Shown: positions 29,064 through 40,425 of the stretch, piece by piece | Numbering within the stretch: the stretch's first letter is position 1 | Layout of the letters: the number at the start of each line of letters is the position of its first letter | NCBI GenBank assembly: GCA_902538565.1 | Contig: CACBFQ010000001.1 | Span: 424,033-488,032, forward strand | Direction of reading: 5' to 3' | DNA length: 64,000 bases | DNA from: an uncultured Fidelibacterota bacterium | GTDB taxonomy: Bacteria; Fidelibacterota; Marinisomatia; Marinisomatales; Marinisomataceae | Notes under the pieces: generated by a model | Told to the model about the DNA's origin: nothing | Database searches by the model: none | What the model saw: only the letters and a program-made list of their open reading frames with translations | Program-made: the position numbers and the translations under genes

Positions 29064-30358
29064 ATTATTTAGTTTATATATTATTATTTATGTCTTTTTT
29101 AGAGGCTCAGCAAGAAATTCTCCTCGACAGAATTGCTTCTGTTGTTGAAAATAAAATTGTATTAATGAGTGATGTAGTTTTGGCTGCAAATGCTGTTGCG
29201 GCTCAACAACAAGTAAATCCAAACACCAACCCTGTTGTATATAAGAAAATTTTAGAATCTTCACGCGAAAGCATGGTAGAACAGTTATTAATTATAGAAA
29301 TGGCTGAACAAGATTCAGTAGAAATTTTAGATAAAGACATAGATAAGGCATTAAATCAACAAATAGATAATATTATTGCACAGACAGGAAGTAAAGAGCT
29401 AGCAGAAGCAGCTCTTGGAAAGAAAATTTCAGATTTTAAAAGATCATATAGAGATGATATGAAAGGAAAATTGTTGGCAGAAAAATATACATCCTCTTTA
29501 ACAACCTCAATTAATGTTTCTCGAGGAGATGTTATAGATTTTTTTAATACTTATAAAGATAGTATTCCATCATTTCCAACTCTCTACAAAACACATCATA
29601 TATTAATAGAAATAAAACCTTCTGAAGAATCAGTAAAAAATTCATTTAATAAAGCTAATGATATTAGAAATAAAATTTTAAATGGAGAAATAAGCTTTGA
29701 TGATGCAGCAAAAACTTTTTCCTCAGACCCAGGATCAAAAGATCAGGGTGGTAATTTAGGTTATGTTCCAAGAGGGACATTTGTACAAGAGTTTGATAAA
29801 GTTGTTTTTACAGTAGAAAAAAATATTTTAACAGAACCAGTAAAAACACAGTATGGACATCATATAATAGAAGTACTTGAAAGAACCGGAGAAAAGGTAT
29901 TAGCTAGACATATTTTAATTAGAACGGAAACAACAGATTTAGATAAGAAAAAAACTTATGAGGCTATAAATAATATTAAAAATGATATAACAAATTTTGA
30001 TGATTTTTACAAAGCCGCTGCTGATTTTTCAGACGACAAAACTAGCAATTCAAGTGGTGGTTTTTTAGGAATGATTGATTTAGAATATTATCAAGTACCT
30101 GAATTAAAAAAAGAAATTTCTACTATTAAAACAAAAACCATAAGTAGTCCTATTGAAACTGATTTTGGTTATCATTTAATATGGGTTGACGAAATTCAAG
30201 AAGGTGGACCTCCTACATTAGAAACAAACTGGTTAGAGCTGGAAAAAATGGCTTTAAATAAGAAAAAATCAGATTGGTATCAAACCTGGATCAATAAAAT
30301 CAAATCACAATTTTATATAAAAAGAAATCCACTAACTTATCCACAAATTAATGGATAA
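29060..30358 (+). CDS. Periplasmic chaperone / peptidyl-prolyl isomerase, SurA-like with two parvulin domains
   Basis: 432 aa with a signal peptide and a SurA_N-like region. There are two PpiC rotamase domains: FSSDPGSKDQGGNLGYV...YGHHIIEV and SGGFLGMI...FGYHLIWV. ATGA overlap with mnmG. Confidence 0.8.
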   Translation: MNYLVYILLFMSFLEAQQEILLDRIASVVENKIVLMSDVVLAANAVAAQQQVNPNTNPVVYKKILESSRESMVEQLLIIEMAEQDSVEILDKDIDKALNQQIDNIIAQTGSKELAEAALGKKISDFKRSYRDDMKGKLLAEKYTSSLTTSINVSRGDVIDFFNTYKDSIPSFPTLYKTHHILIEIKPSEESVKNSFNKANDIRNKILNGEISFDDAAKTFSSDPGSKDQGGNLGYVPRGTFVQEFDKVVFTVEKNILTEPVKTQYGHHIIEVLERTGEKVLARHILIRTETTDLDKKKTYEAINNIKNDITNFDDFYKAAADFSDDKTSNSSGGFLGMIDLEYYQVPELKKEISTIKTKTISSPIETDFGYHLIWVDEIQEGGPPTLETNWLELEKMALNKKKSDWYQTWINKIKSQFYIKRNPLTYPQING

Positions 30359-30592
30359 TTTGAATATTCTTTTTTCATAACCTTATCAACATTTTTATCA
30401 CAAGTTATTAACCTTTTTTTTGACTTTAAATTTTATACTTTATGGTCAATAAATTATAAGTTCTATATACTTATCCACAAACACACAACTATAATACTAT
30501 TATTAGTTTTTTATATATAAATATATTATAAATATATATACCAATTTAATCTTGTACTCAAAGCATTATTATTATAATATAGAAGGTTAATT
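30337..30592. other. Candidate oriC: same-orientation DnaA boxes followed by an AT-rich unwinding region, immediately upstream of dnaN
   Basis: TTATCCACA at 30337-30345 and 30471-30479 (both perfect). TTATCAACA at 30383-30391 (1 mismatch). TTATCACAA at 30396-30404 (2 mismatches). About 90 bp of almost pure A/T follows at 30491-30580, including tatatataaatatattataaatatatata. Confidence 0.6.
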
Positions 30593-31699
30593 ATGAATAT
30601 TTCAACCACAAAAAAAGAACTTCAACAGGCATTTTCAAAACTATCTAAAACAACTCAATTAAAATCTCAAAATCCTTTAGTTAATTATACTTATATATCA
30701 TCATCTCCTGCTGGAGTAGTTTTACATTCAACCGATCTTGAGGTTGGTGTTAAAACGCAAATTAATGCTTCTGTTAATTCAGATGGTGAATGTTTATTTC
30801 CAACTGCTGAAATGAATGATATTATTAGTGTTTTAGACGATGGGAGGGTAGATATTGAAGTTTCGGGCCCTCATATTAATATTAAATCTGAAACAGGGGT
30901 TTCTTTTGATATTTCAACTGTGCCTTTCCAAGATTATCCCGAAGTACCTGAAAACAAACATGATAATTTATTTTGCATTAAAACATCAAGTTTAAAAGAT
31001 ATTATTTCTTCATTAATGTATGCAATTAATAGTGAACCTACTAAACCGGCTTTAAATGGAGCTTGTTTTAATTTTTTGGAAAGCACTGTAGATTTTGTTG
31101 CAACAGATGGTCATCGTCTTGTTAAAATTTCTAAGCAGAATACAACAAATATAAACGGATCTTTTATTATACCTAAAAAGTTTTTATCAATATTGAGTGT
31201 TTTCTTAGAGGGACAGTCAGAAACAAATTTAATAATAAGTGGAAATTATATTTTTACTAACAGTAATAAGGATGTTTTTTATTCTAAAATAATTGATGAA
31301 AAATATCCTAATTATAATGCAGTAATTCCGGAGGAAAATCCTTTAACACTTATTGCTAATAAAACAGAAATGTTAAATAATATAAAAGCAGCTTCTATTG
31401 CTACTAATAAAAATACTAATCAGATATCCTTACACTTAACTGAAGGTAAGGTGTATTTTAAAAGCATTAATCAACCTGAGAGTAAAACAGTTCATGCTCC
31501 CTTAAAATCTGCAAAATATGCAGGAGAAGAAGTATCAATTGGTTTTAATGCTGTTTATTTAAAAGAAGCGGTTTCGAAATATCCAAACGAAGAAATTGTT
31601 TTTTCTTTTAAAGATTCTTTGTCTGCTACACTTTTTTTACCTAATGTAGATGATCAAAAAACAACTATTCTATTAATGCCAGTGAGGATAAATGAGTAA
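30593..31699 (+). CDS. dnaN: DNA polymerase III beta sliding clamp
   Basis: 368 aa with a three-domain clamp pattern (..FVATDGHRLV.., ..LLMPVRI C-terminus). GAAGG Shine-Dalgarno upstream. Confidence 0.95.
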   Translation: MNISTTKKELQQAFSKLSKTTQLKSQNPLVNYTYISSSPAGVVLHSTDLEVGVKTQINASVNSDGECLFPTAEMNDIISVLDDGRVDIEVSGPHINIKSETGVSFDISTVPFQDYPEVPENKHDNLFCIKTSSLKDIISSLMYAINSEPTKPALNGACFNFLESTVDFVATDGHRLVKISKQNTTNINGSFIIPKKFLSILSVFLEGQSETNLIISGNYIFTNSNKDVFYSKIIDEKYPNYNAVIPEENPLTLIANKTEMLNNIKAASIATNKNTNQISLHLTEGKVYFKSINQPESKTVHAPLKSAKYAGEEVSIGFNAVYLKEAVSKYPNEEIVFSFKDSLSATLFLPNVDDQKTTILLMPVRINE

Positions 31700-33629
31700 T
31701 AATTACGGTGCAGATAAAATATCCGTCTTAAAAGGATTAGAAGCTGTTAGAAAAAGACCAGCTATGTATATAGGTGATGTTGGTAAAAGAGGGTATCATC
31801 ATTTAGTTAGTGAGGTTGTTGATAATAGTATTGATGAGGCACTAGCCGGTTTTTGTAGTTCTATCATTGTAACAATAAAAAATGATGGTTTTATTTCTAT
31901 TGAAGATGATGGTAGAGGTATTCCTGTAGAAATTCATAAAACAGAAGGAAAACCAGCATTAGAAGTAGTAATGACGGTATTACATGCGGGTGGTAAGTTT
32001 GATAAAAACACTTATAAGGTTTCTGGTGGATTACATGGTGTTGGTGTATCTGTAGTAAACGCTCTTTCTGAGAGTTTAATTGCTGAAGTTCACAGAGATG
32101 GTTTTTATTATAAACAGGAATATAAAATAGGACAACCTACCACTGAAGTAGAAAAAATTGGTAAAAGTGACAAAACTGGAACTATTATTTCATTTAAACC
32201 CGATGAATCTGTTTTTTCACATAAAGGCTTTGAAGAAGAGGTTATAAAAGGAAGACTTAAAGAATTAGCATATTTAAATAAAAATTTGTTGATAAAATTA
32301 ATTAATGAACCCGAGGAAACTGAAACAGAATATTGCTTTCCGGGGGGTTTATCAGATTTTGTTAAATATTTAGACGGCAATGAAGATTTAATTCATGATG
32401 AGGTTATAGTAGTAAATAAGGAAGACATTGAAGTTCCTGTGGATTTAGCTCTTAGATATAGTACAAACTATAATAGTAATATTTTTTCATTTGTAAACAA
32501 CATTAATACAATAGAGGGCGGCACTCACTTATCGGGTTTTAGATCAGCGCTTACTAGAGCATTAAATAGTTATGCCAATAAAAATGATCTAATTAAAACA
32601 AAAAAGAATGAAAAGTTTTCACTGTCAGGAGATGATTTTAGAGAAGGTTTAACTGTTGTTATTTCTGTTAAAGTTCAAGAACCACAGTTTGAAGGACAAA
32701 CAAAAACCAAACTAGGTAATGGGGAGGTAAAGGGCTTAGTAGATAATGTTGTATATGACGGTATACAGGCATTTTTAGAACAAAATCCAAAAGTAGGAAA
32801 AAGAATTATTGAAAAAGCAGCAGAAGCTGCAAGAGCAAGAATAGCCGCTAAAAAAGCAAGAGAGTTGGTAAGAAAAAAATCAGGGTTAGGATCAACAACT
32901 CTTCCAGGAAAATTGGCAGATTGTTCAAATAAAGACCCTATGCAGTGTGAATTGTTTCTTGTTGAGGGGGATTCTGCTGGAGGTACAGCTAAACAGGGAA
33001 GAGATAGAAGAACTCAGGCCATTTTACCCTTGCGCGGAAAGGTTATTAATTCAGAAAAGGCAAGAGAAGATAAGCTTTTAGCTAACAATGAAATTCAATC
33101 TATGATAACAGCACTAGGGTGCGGTTTTGGAGAAGACGAAGACGACCCGAATAGCTTCAACCCCGAAAAACTAAGATACCATAAAATAGTAATTATGACA
33201 GATGCAGACGTTGATGGTAGTCATATAAGAACCCTATTATTAACATTCTTTTGGAGAAAAATGAAAAGCCTTGTTCAGGGTGGTTATTTATATATGGCAA
33301 TGCCGCCTCTTTATAAATTAAAGCAAGGCAAAAAAGAAAGATATGCATATACAGACGAAGAAAGAGATAGTCTTTTAAGAAGGCTTGAATCTGAAAACAA
33401 AACAAAAATCGATATTCAAAGATATAAAGGTTTAGGAGAAATGAACGCAGATCAGCTCTGGGAAACAACGATGAATGCAGAAACCAGAACTCTAATTCAG
33501 GTAACCGTTGATCATATTATGGAAGAGGAAACAAACGTAAGGTTTAGAGAATTAATGGGTTCAGAGGTAGAACACAGAAGAAGATTTATAACAGAAAGAG
33601 CAAAGTTTGCAACCAACATAGATATATAA
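31692..33629 (+). CDS. gyrB: DNA gyrase subunit B
   Basis: 645 aa. GHKL ATPase ([29 protein letters not shown]), Toprim ([17 protein letters not shown]), [12 protein letters not shown]. Confidence 0.97.
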   Translation: MSNNYGADKISVLKGLEAVRKRPAMYIGDVGKRGYHHLVSEVVDNSIDEALAGFCSSIIVTIKNDGFISIEDDGRGIPVEIHKTEGKPALEVVMTVLHAGGKFDKNTYKVSGGLHGVGVSVVNALSESLIAEVHRDGFYYKQEYKIGQPTTEVEKIGKSDKTGTIISFKPDESVFSHKGFEEEVIKGRLKELAYLNKNLLIKLINEPEETETEYCFPGGLSDFVKYLDGNEDLIHDEVIVVNKEDIEVPVDLALRYSTNYNSNIFSFVNNINTIEGGTHLSGFRSALTRALNSYANKNDLIKTKKNEKFSLSGDDFREGLTVVISVKVQEPQFEGQTKTKLGNGEVKGLVDNVVYDGIQAFLEQNPKVGKRIIEKAAEAARARIAAKKARELVRKKSGLGSTTLPGKLADCSNKDPMQCELFLVEGDSAGGTAKQGRDRRTQAILPLRGKVINSEKAREDKLLANNEIQSMITALGCGFGEDEDDPNSFNPEKLRYHKIVIMTDADVDGSHIRTLLLTFFWRKMKSLVQGGYLYMAMPPLYKLKQGKKERYAYTDEERDSLLRRLESENKTKIDIQRYKGLGEMNADQLWETTMNAETRTLIQVTVDHIMEEETNVRFRELMGSEVEHRRRFITERAKFATNIDI

Positions 33630-33630
33630 A

Positions 33631-36105
33631 ATGGATTTAGGTAGAGACAACATATTAGACAAACAGCTAGTTAAAGAGCTTGAAGAAAGCTATTTAAACT
33701 ATTCAATGTCCGTTATTATGTCGAGAGCGCTTCCCGACGCTAGAGATGGACTAAAACCAGTACACAGAAGAATTTTATTTAGTATGAGCGAAATGTCTGC
33801 TATGTGGAACAGGCCCTATAAAAAATCTGCCAGAGTAGTGGGAGAGGTTTTGGGTAAATATCACCCACACGGAGATAGCTCTATATATGATGCTCTTGTA
33901 AGAATGGCACAAGAATTTTCTATGAGGCACGAACTAGTGCAAGGTCAAGGAAACTTTGGGTCTATTGATGGCGATAGAGCCGCTGCAATGAGATATACAG
34001 AATCTAGAATGTCTAGAATTGGAAGTGAGCTCTTAAGAGATATTGAAAAAGAAACAATACCATGGACAACAAATTTTGATGAAACCCTAAAAGAACCAGC
34101 AGTTTTACCAGCTGTTTATCCAAACTTGCTAGTAAATGGATCAGAGGGTATAGCCGTTGGTATGGCAACAAAAATTCCGCCACACAACCTTTCTGAGTTG
34201 GTGGGAGGCCTTGTTGAACTGATGGATAATCCTGAATGTGAAACAAAAGATTTAATAAAACATATTAAAGGTCCAGACTTCCCTACCGCAGGAAAAGCAC
34301 TTGGAATTAAAGGAATTCAAGACGCATATGAAAAAGGCAGAGGAAAGGTTATTATGCAGGGAAGGGCACACGTAGAACCCTCAAACAGAGGAAGAGACTC
34401 TTTAATAATAACAGAGCTCCCATATCAAGTTAACAAAGCAAATCTAATAGAAAAAATTGCAGAGCTAGCAAGAGACAAAAAAATTGAAGGTGTTGCCGAG
34501 CTTAGAGACGAGTCAGACAAAGATGGAATGAGAGTGGTAATTGAAACCAAAAGAGACGCAGTACCAGAAGTGGTATTAAACCAACTTTATAAACAAACTC
34601 AGCTCCAAGACACCTTTGGGATAATTTTACTTGCCCTGGTTGACGGAACACCAAAGGTAATGTCATTAAAAGAACTTTTAGAGGTATTTATATCTTTTAG
34701 ACTAGACGTTGTAGTAAAAAGAACAGAGTTTGATCTAAAAAAAGCAGAGGCCAGAGCACACATTTTAGAAGGTCTCAAAATTGCCTTAAAAAACATAGAC
34801 AAGATTGTTGAAACAATTAAAAAAAGCAAAGACCCCCTAACGGCAAAGCAATCTTTGATGGATGGTTTTGGTTTATCAGAAATACAGGCGCAGGCTATTT
34901 TAGACATGAGGCTTCAAAGGTTAACAGGACTAGAAACAGATAAAATTATTAGCGAGTATAAAGATGTAATACAACATATTGCAGAGCTTAAAGGCATCTT
35001 AGAGAGCGAATCAAAAAGGATGTCGATAATTAAAGAAGAGCTTTTAGAAATTAAAGAAAAATATGGAGAGGAAAGACGTACAGAGATTATAGAAGACTTT
35101 ACCAGTCTCAGTATTGAAGATATGATAGCAGAAGAAGAAATGGTTTTAACCATCACTCACAACGGCTATATAAAAAGAACAAGCTTAAGCACCTATAGAA
35201 GTCAAAGAAGAGGGGGAAGGGGTGTGCAGGGAGCTTCTTCAAGAGACGAGGATTTTGTAGAACACCTATTTATAGCAAATACACACAGCTACATTTTATT
35301 TTTTACAGACAAGGGAAAGTGTTACTGGGTTAAAGTTTATGACATTCCAGAGGGTGGTAGAGCAGCTAAAGGAAGAGCAATTGTTAACCTTATTGGTTGT
35401 GAGCCCGATGAAAAGGTTAGTGCATTTATAAGCGTTAAAGAATTTAATGAAGATCATTATGTTGTGATGGCAACTGAAAAGGGTATGGTTAAAAAAACCA
35501 AACTTTCTGCATATTCAAACCCAAGAAAAAAAGGTATATATGCTGTCGAAATCAGAGATGGAGACAAATTAATTGAGGCAAGAGTTTCAACGGGGGATAA
35601 TGATATTCTTCTTGGAACAAGAAACGGAAAATCAATCAGGTTTTCAGAAGAACAAATAAGAGCAAGCGGAAGAAAAACGATGGGGGTTAAGGGGATAACG
35701 CTTAGCTCAGATGACGACAGGCTTGTTGGAATGTTGTTAATCAAAAGAGAAGGCACCGTGCTTGTTGCAACCGAAAAAGGCTTTGGAAAAAGAACTGAAA
35801 TTTCACAATATCGCGCCCAAAAAAGAGGTGGTAAAGGCGTTTTAACTATGAAAACAACCGACAAGGTTGGAAAAATGGTTACCATAAAAGAGGTTGTAGA
35901 CAAAGATGACCTAATGATTATAACAAACCAAGGCGTTTTAATAAGGCTTCCGGTTGCCCAAATAAGATCAATCGGGAGAGCAACTCAGGGTGTTAAATTA
36001 ATTAAGCTAGGCGAAGGAACGCTTGTTTCGTCAATCACCAGAATTATGTCTGAAGAAGAAGAAAATGAAAAAAATAACACAGAATCTACAGACCTTAAAG
36101 AGTAG
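33631..36105 (+). CDS. gyrA: DNA gyrase subunit A
   Basis: 824 aa. [16 protein letters not shown], and the catalytic Tyr in AAMRYTE. The GyrA-box [10 protein letters not shown] in the C-terminal pinwheel separates it from ParC. Confidence 0.97.
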   Translation: MDLGRDNILDKQLVKELEESYLNYSMSVIMSRALPDARDGLKPVHRRILFSMSEMSAMWNRPYKKSARVVGEVLGKYHPHGDSSIYDALVRMAQEFSMRHELVQGQGNFGSIDGDRAAAMRYTESRMSRIGSELLRDIEKETIPWTTNFDETLKEPAVLPAVYPNLLVNGSEGIAVGMATKIPPHNLSELVGGLVELMDNPECETKDLIKHIKGPDFPTAGKALGIKGIQDAYEKGRGKVIMQGRAHVEPSNRGRDSLIITELPYQVNKANLIEKIAELARDKKIEGVAELRDESDKDGMRVVIETKRDAVPEVVLNQLYKQTQLQDTFGIILLALVDGTPKVMSLKELLEVFISFRLDVVVKRTEFDLKKAEARAHILEGLKIALKNIDKIVETIKKSKDPLTAKQSLMDGFGLSEIQAQAILDMRLQRLTGLETDKIISEYKDVIQHIAELKGILESESKRMSIIKEELLEIKEKYGEERRTEIIEDFTSLSIEDMIAEEEMVLTITHNGYIKRTSLSTYRSQRRGGRGVQGASSRDEDFVEHLFIANTHSYILFFTDKGKCYWVKVYDIPEGGRAAKGRAIVNLIGCEPDEKVSAFISVKEFNEDHYVVMATEKGMVKKTKLSAYSNPRKKGIYAVEIRDGDKLIEARVSTGDNDILLGTRNGKSIRFSEEQIRASGRKTMGVKGITLSSDDDRLVGMLLIKREGTVLVATEKGFGKRTEISQYRAQKRGGKGVLTMKTTDKVGKMVTIKEVVDKDDLMIITNQGVLIRLPVAQIRSIGRATQGVKLIKLGEGTLVSSITRIMSEEEENEKNNTESTDLKE

Positions 36106-36727
36106 CTTAGAAGATAAGCCACAAATCAACATAGTTGTTGTAACTAAAACCAGATCACCAGAAGAAATTCAAGAAGCTATAGCTGCAGGGGCAACATCAA
36201 TCGGAGAAAATAGGGTTCAAGAAGCAGAAAAAAAGTTTCCCAAAATACAAAACATAGAAAAAACAGAAAAAAGATTAATTGGAAGACTACAATCAAATAA
36301 AGCAAAAAAGGCTGTCAAAATTTTTGACACAATAGATTCTGTAGACTCGTTAAAGCTATCTCAAAAAATATCAAAAGCAGCAGAAGATTTAGGAAAAACA
36401 CAAAGGGTCTTATTGCAAATTAATAGTAGCGGAGAAAACACAAAGGCGGGTTTTAGTCTTAATAGCAAAAATGAGATTTTAGAATGTTTTAATATGCCAG
36501 GCATAAAGGTTGAAGGTTTAATGACAATGGGTCCGAACACAAAAGAGGTCGACCTAATAGCCGCGTCTTTTCAAAAAACAAAAAAATTCTTCGATGAACT
36601 CAATGAGTTGGAGAATGTAAAAATGAAAATACTCTCAATGGGAATGAGCGGAGACTATCTAATAGCGGTTCGTGAAGGATCAACATCAATAAGAGTCGGA
36701 ACAGCAATTTTTGGACCACGCGTTTAA
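36065..36727 (+). CDS. yggS: YggS-family pyridoxal-phosphate homeostasis protein
   Basis: Start set at ATG 36065 (MKKITQNLQ..), overlapping gyrA by 41 nt. [15 protein letters not shown] and IGRLQSNK are typical of the family. The longer 36023 start would sit further inside gyrA. Confidence 0.85.
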   Translation: MKKITQNLQTLKSSLEDKPQINIVVVTKTRSPEEIQEAIAAGATSIGENRVQEAEKKFPKIQNIEKTEKRLIGRLQSNKAKKAVKIFDTIDSVDSLKLSQKISKAAEDLGKTQRVLLQINSSGENTKAGFSLNSKNEILECFNMPGIKVEGLMTMGPNTKEVDLIAASFQKTKKFFDELNELENVKMKILSMGMSGDYLIAVREGSTSIRVGTAIFGPRV

Positions 36728-37215
36728 TGTTAGATTTAAAAAACTGGTTTAGTTCAAAACACTACAAAAGGCTTTGGAGTGTAGGCCCCCCAGGCTTAAT
36801 AGTTTCACTTTTATTAATCTATTTAACGCTTGAGTATGAAGCAGTGTTCAATCTTAAAAAATATGAAACGGGACACGTGTGGATCGATGTTTTGTTTTTT
36901 TTAATTCTTTTAGAAATGCTTTTTATTTTAATTTGGACCCTGTTTAGTTTGCCCCCCAAAAACAGAGGAAAAAAATTATCTACAAGAGGAATATACTCTT
37001 TTATTCGTCACCCGATATATACAGTTATTATTTTTCACATAAACTTGCTCACATCTCTTTGGGTGGGCTCATATTTGTTACTTTTTTTGGTGCCACTGCA
37101 ATATTTGTTGTGGTCTAAAATGGTTATCAAAGAAGAAGAATACCTTGTTGGCATATTTGGGCAAGAATATATAGATTATATGTCCAACGTTTCCCGGTTT
37201 ATTCCATGGAAATAG
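36727..37215 (+). CDS. Isoprenylcysteine carboxyl / phospholipid methyltransferase-family membrane protein
   Basis: 162 aa with 4 TM segments. GIYSFIRHPIYTV matches the ICMT/PEMT family core. TAATG overlap with yggS. Confidence 0.65.
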   Translation: MLDLKNWFSSKHYKRLWSVGPPGLIVSLLLIYLTLEYEAVFNLKKYETGHVWIDVLFFLILLEMLFILIWTLFSLPPKNRGKKLSTRGIYSFIRHPIYTVIIFHINLLTSLWVGSYLLLFLVPLQYLLWSKMVIKEEEYLVGIFGQEYIDYMSNVSRFIPWK

Positions 37216-37236
37216 TTAAACCTTAAAGGAGTAAAA

Positions 37237-39933
37237 ATGAAGAAATTAATTTTAACGTTATTATTTATGGGAGCAGTTATGTCACAAGAAAAATTTTATG
37301 GATTTGAATTTGTTAAAGAATCCGGAGGTATAAAAGAATATACAATGACATCGAATGGCCTCAGAGTTTTGTTAAAACAAGACAACACAGCGCCGGTAGC
37401 AACATTTATGGTTACTTATGAAGTGGGATCAAGAAACGAAGCTATTGGATATACGGGGTCAACACATCTTTTAGAACACTTGATGTTTAAGGGGTCAAGA
37501 AAGTTTAATACAAAAAAAGGAAACTCTGTTTTTCAAACGCTCCAATCATTAGGGGCAAGAATGAACGCAACAACATGGCTAGATAGAACCAACTATTTTG
37601 CTGTACTTCCAAGCGAACACCTTGAAACCTTAATCGAAATTGAAGCAGACAGAATGAGGAATGCTTATATAAAAGAGGAAGATAGGCAATCTGAAATGAC
37701 AGTTGTAAGAAATGAATTTGAAAGAGGGCAAAACAGTCCTTCTGGAGTTTTAGATGAAAATATTTGGGCAACAGCATACCAGGCACACCCATACCACCAC
37801 TCAACAATAGGGTGGAAGGCTGATATTGAAAACGTGTCAATAGAAAGACTAAAAGAGTTTTATGATACTTTCTACTGGCCAAATAATGCCACAGCAATTG
37901 CTATTGGGGACTTTTCAGAAAAAGACGCACTAGCAATGATAAAGAAACATTTTGGAAAAATAAGAAAAAGCACAAAACCTATTCCAGAGGTCTATACCAC
38001 CGAGCCAGAACAAGAAGGAATTAGAACTGTAACTCTTAGGAGAGCAGGACAACAAGGAATTGTCGGCGTTGCCCACAAGTCTCCATCTGCAACAAGCCCC
38101 GATGCTCCAGCTTTTATAGTTTTATCATCAATTCTTTCGTCAGGAAAAAATAGCAGGTTTTATAAAAACATAACCGACAAAGGATTAACTACAAGCGTTT
38201 ATATTTGGGATTCGCTATTTAGGGACCCGGGTTTGTTTACTGTTTATGCAAACCTTTCTCCAGATGTTGATCACAAAACAGTAGAAAAAGCAATTGTTGA
38301 TGAGTATGAAAAAATTAAGAAAGACGGTGTAACAGATGAAGAGGTTAAAAGGGCGCAGGCACAGCTAGTTGCTTCGATGAAATTTTCTCAGGATGGTAGC
38401 TATGCAATAGCAAGCGGTTTAAATGAAGCAATAGCAAGCGGAGACTGGACCCTTTACACAACGTATGGAGAAAAAATCAGAGAAGTAACAAAAGAAGATA
38501 TCAAAAGAGTGGTAAATAAGTACTTTTTAGAAGATTTAAGCACTGTTGGATATTTCATTCCATTGGGTTCTGGTGAACAAGAAGAAAAACTCGCAACAAG
38601 CGCTAAACAGCTAGAAAAAATGAAAATAAAAAACTTTACTACAGAAGAGGAAGCTTTGTCTTCAAAAATTATTGACACCGAACCAGTAAAAGGCATAAGG
38701 CTTTTAACTCTTAAGCGAGGAACTGGTGTTGTAACCATGAGAGGAAGCATGTTAGGTGGAGACATCTATTCAATAAAAAACAAAAGAACAGCAGATATGG
38801 TTGCAGCTATGTTAGACCAAGGAACAACAAACATGTCCAAGTTTGAAATTAGCGAAAAACTCGAATCTGCAGGAGCTCGCCTAGGTTTTTTCAATGGTCA
38901 AGCAAGGGTTGGATTTAGTGGTAAATTTTTATCTGAAGACACAAACATGGTAATCAGCCTTTTAGCTGACCAGTTACAAAATCCGCTTTTTGCAGAAGAG
39001 GAACTAGAAAAGGCTAAGAAAAGACAAATTGCTGGATATAAAAGATCTAAGGAAAGCACTAGGGGCAATGCAATGAACAACATGTTACAGGCTTTTTATG
39101 GCTCTAATCACCAAAACTCACCAACGAACCCCGATGAAGCAATAGAACAAATACAAAAACTAAAATCTGAAGACCTGAAAAACTATCATGGGGAAAAATA
39201 TGGCTTAGGATCAATGGTGTTGGTTGTTGTTGGAGATGTTGACCATGTAAAGATGGAAAACCTAGTAAAAGAAAGTTTTGGCAGCTGGAAACAATCTAAT
39301 CTCAAAATTAAAGAGGAAAAGAGCATTGCAAGCAAGACATCAAGCAAGGTTTATGTAACTATGCAAGACAAGACAAGCACAGACTTTGTTGTGGGAACGT
39401 CGCTTGGAGTAGACAGATATCACCCAGACTACCTGCCTCTGTATTTAGCAACACACACACTTGGAGGAAATTTCTCTGCAAGACTTATGCAAACGGTGAG
39501 AGTAAAAGAGGGTTTAACTTATGGCATAAATTCATCGTTAAGCGGCTTTGGCAACAGTAATGATGGCTATTGGATGGTTGGTGGTACCTTTTCGCCAAAA
39601 CTTCTTTCTAAAGGAGAAAGCTCCACGCTTAGAGAAATAAAAAAATGGGCAGAAGAAGGAATCACACAAAAGGAGCTAGATGTTACAAAATCGACACTTG
39701 TTGGAGGTTTTCAGGTTGGTTTTGATACAACCGGAGGATTGGCAGTAGGTATTTTAAATGCAGTGGTCGTTCATAATGATTTAACATACCTAGACAACTA
39801 TCCAAAGACTGTAAAAGCTATAACCTTAGATCAAACTAATGAGGCTATAAAAAAATACATAAGCTTAGACTCCCTTTATCAGGTTGCTGCAGGAACAATT
39901 GATAAAAATGGAAAACCAATAGAGGATAATTAA
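37237..39933 (+). CDS. Secreted M16 (pitrilysin/insulinase) zinc peptidase, fused double unit
   Basis: 898 aa with a signal peptide. The inverted zinc motif HLLEH is in GSTHLLEHLMFKGS, with downstream E residues. The second M16-like half lacks HxxEH. AAGGAG Shine-Dalgarno upstream. Confidence 0.85.
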   Translation: MKKLILTLLFMGAVMSQEKFYGFEFVKESGGIKEYTMTSNGLRVLLKQDNTAPVATFMVTYEVGSRNEAIGYTGSTHLLEHLMFKGSRKFNTKKGNSVFQTLQSLGARMNATTWLDRTNYFAVLPSEHLETLIEIEADRMRNAYIKEEDRQSEMTVVRNEFERGQNSPSGVLDENIWATAYQAHPYHHSTIGWKADIENVSIERLKEFYDTFYWPNNATAIAIGDFSEKDALAMIKKHFGKIRKSTKPIPEVYTTEPEQEGIRTVTLRRAGQQGIVGVAHKSPSATSPDAPAFIVLSSILSSGKNSRFYKNITDKGLTTSVYIWDSLFRDPGLFTVYANLSPDVDHKTVEKAIVDEYEKIKKDGVTDEEVKRAQAQLVASMKFSQDGSYAIASGLNEAIASGDWTLYTTYGEKIREVTKEDIKRVVNKYFLEDLSTVGYFIPLGSGEQEEKLATSAKQLEKMKIKNFTTEEEALSSKIIDTEPVKGIRLLTLKRGTGVVTMRGSMLGGDIYSIKNKRTADMVAAMLDQGTTNMSKFEISEKLESAGARLGFFNGQARVGFSGKFLSEDTNMVISLLADQLQNPLFAEEELEKAKKRQIAGYKRSKESTRGNAMNNMLQAFYGSNHQNSPTNPDEAIEQIQKLKSEDLKNYHGEKYGLGSMVLVVVGDVDHVKMENLVKESFGSWKQSNLKIKEEKSIASKTSSKVYVTMQDKTSTDFVVGTSLGVDRYHPDYLPLYLATHTLGGNFSARLMQTVRVKEGLTYGINSSLSGFGNSNDGYWMVGGTFSPKLLSKGESSTLREIKKWAEEGITQKELDVTKSTLVGGFQVGFDTTGGLAVGILNAVVVHNDLTYLDNYPKTVKAITLDQTNEAIKKYISLDSLYQVAAGTIDKNGKPIEDN

Positions 39934-39939
39934 GCCCAA

Positions 39940-40425
39940 GTGATTAAGGCAATCTTGGCTTGTGATAACAGTGGGGGGGTTAGTAAGGACGGCACAATAC
40001 CCTGGCCAAAAAATGTAAAAGATTTGGGTTGGTTCAAAAAGAACACCATTAACAATGTTGTCGTTATGGGCTCAAAAACATGGACAGATCCGCTAATGCC
40101 ATGGCCGTTGCCAAACAGAGTAAATATTTTGGCCACAACAAGAGAAAAAGAATTTCCAGGAGCAGATAAATATATTTTTGGAGACCTAAATAAAAAATTG
40201 AAAAACCTTAAGAAAGAATACGGCAACAAAACAATTTGGGTAATTGGCGGCCCCAACATAATTGAACAGACGATAGGATCAATAGAAGAGTTTTATTTAA
40301 GCAGGATTCCTGGAGAATATAACTGTGATGGTTTTTTATCTCTAGATAATATAGAAACTCTTTTTACAAAAACTTGGTTTGAAAAACACGATAGCGTAGA
40401 GTTTCAAATTTGGAAAAAAATATAA
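39940..40425 (+). CDS. folA: Dihydrofolate reductase
   Basis: GTG start, 161 aa. ..DGTIPWP..DLGWFKKNT..VVMGSKTW.. and IWVIGG fit the DHFR fold signature. It sits directly upstream of thyA. Confidence 0.8.
   Translation: MIKAILACDNSGGVSKDGTIPWPKNVKDLGWFKKNTINNVVVMGSKTWTDPLMPWPLPNRVNILATTREKEFPGADKYIFGDLNKKLKNLKKEYGNKTIWVIGGPNIIEQTIGSIEEFYLSRIPGEYNCDGFLSLDNIETLFTKTWFEKHDSVEFQIWKKI

Noticed and set aside
35457-35903. 148-aa minus-strand ORF inside gyrA. Similar antisense ORFs occur at 16514-16879 in purD, 37505-37897 in the M16 peptidase, 48693-49061 in ppdK and 19315-19668 in purH.
   Set aside because: These are shadow ORFs opposite highly conserved genes. Their composition is Ser/Leu/Phe-rich with no family resemblance.
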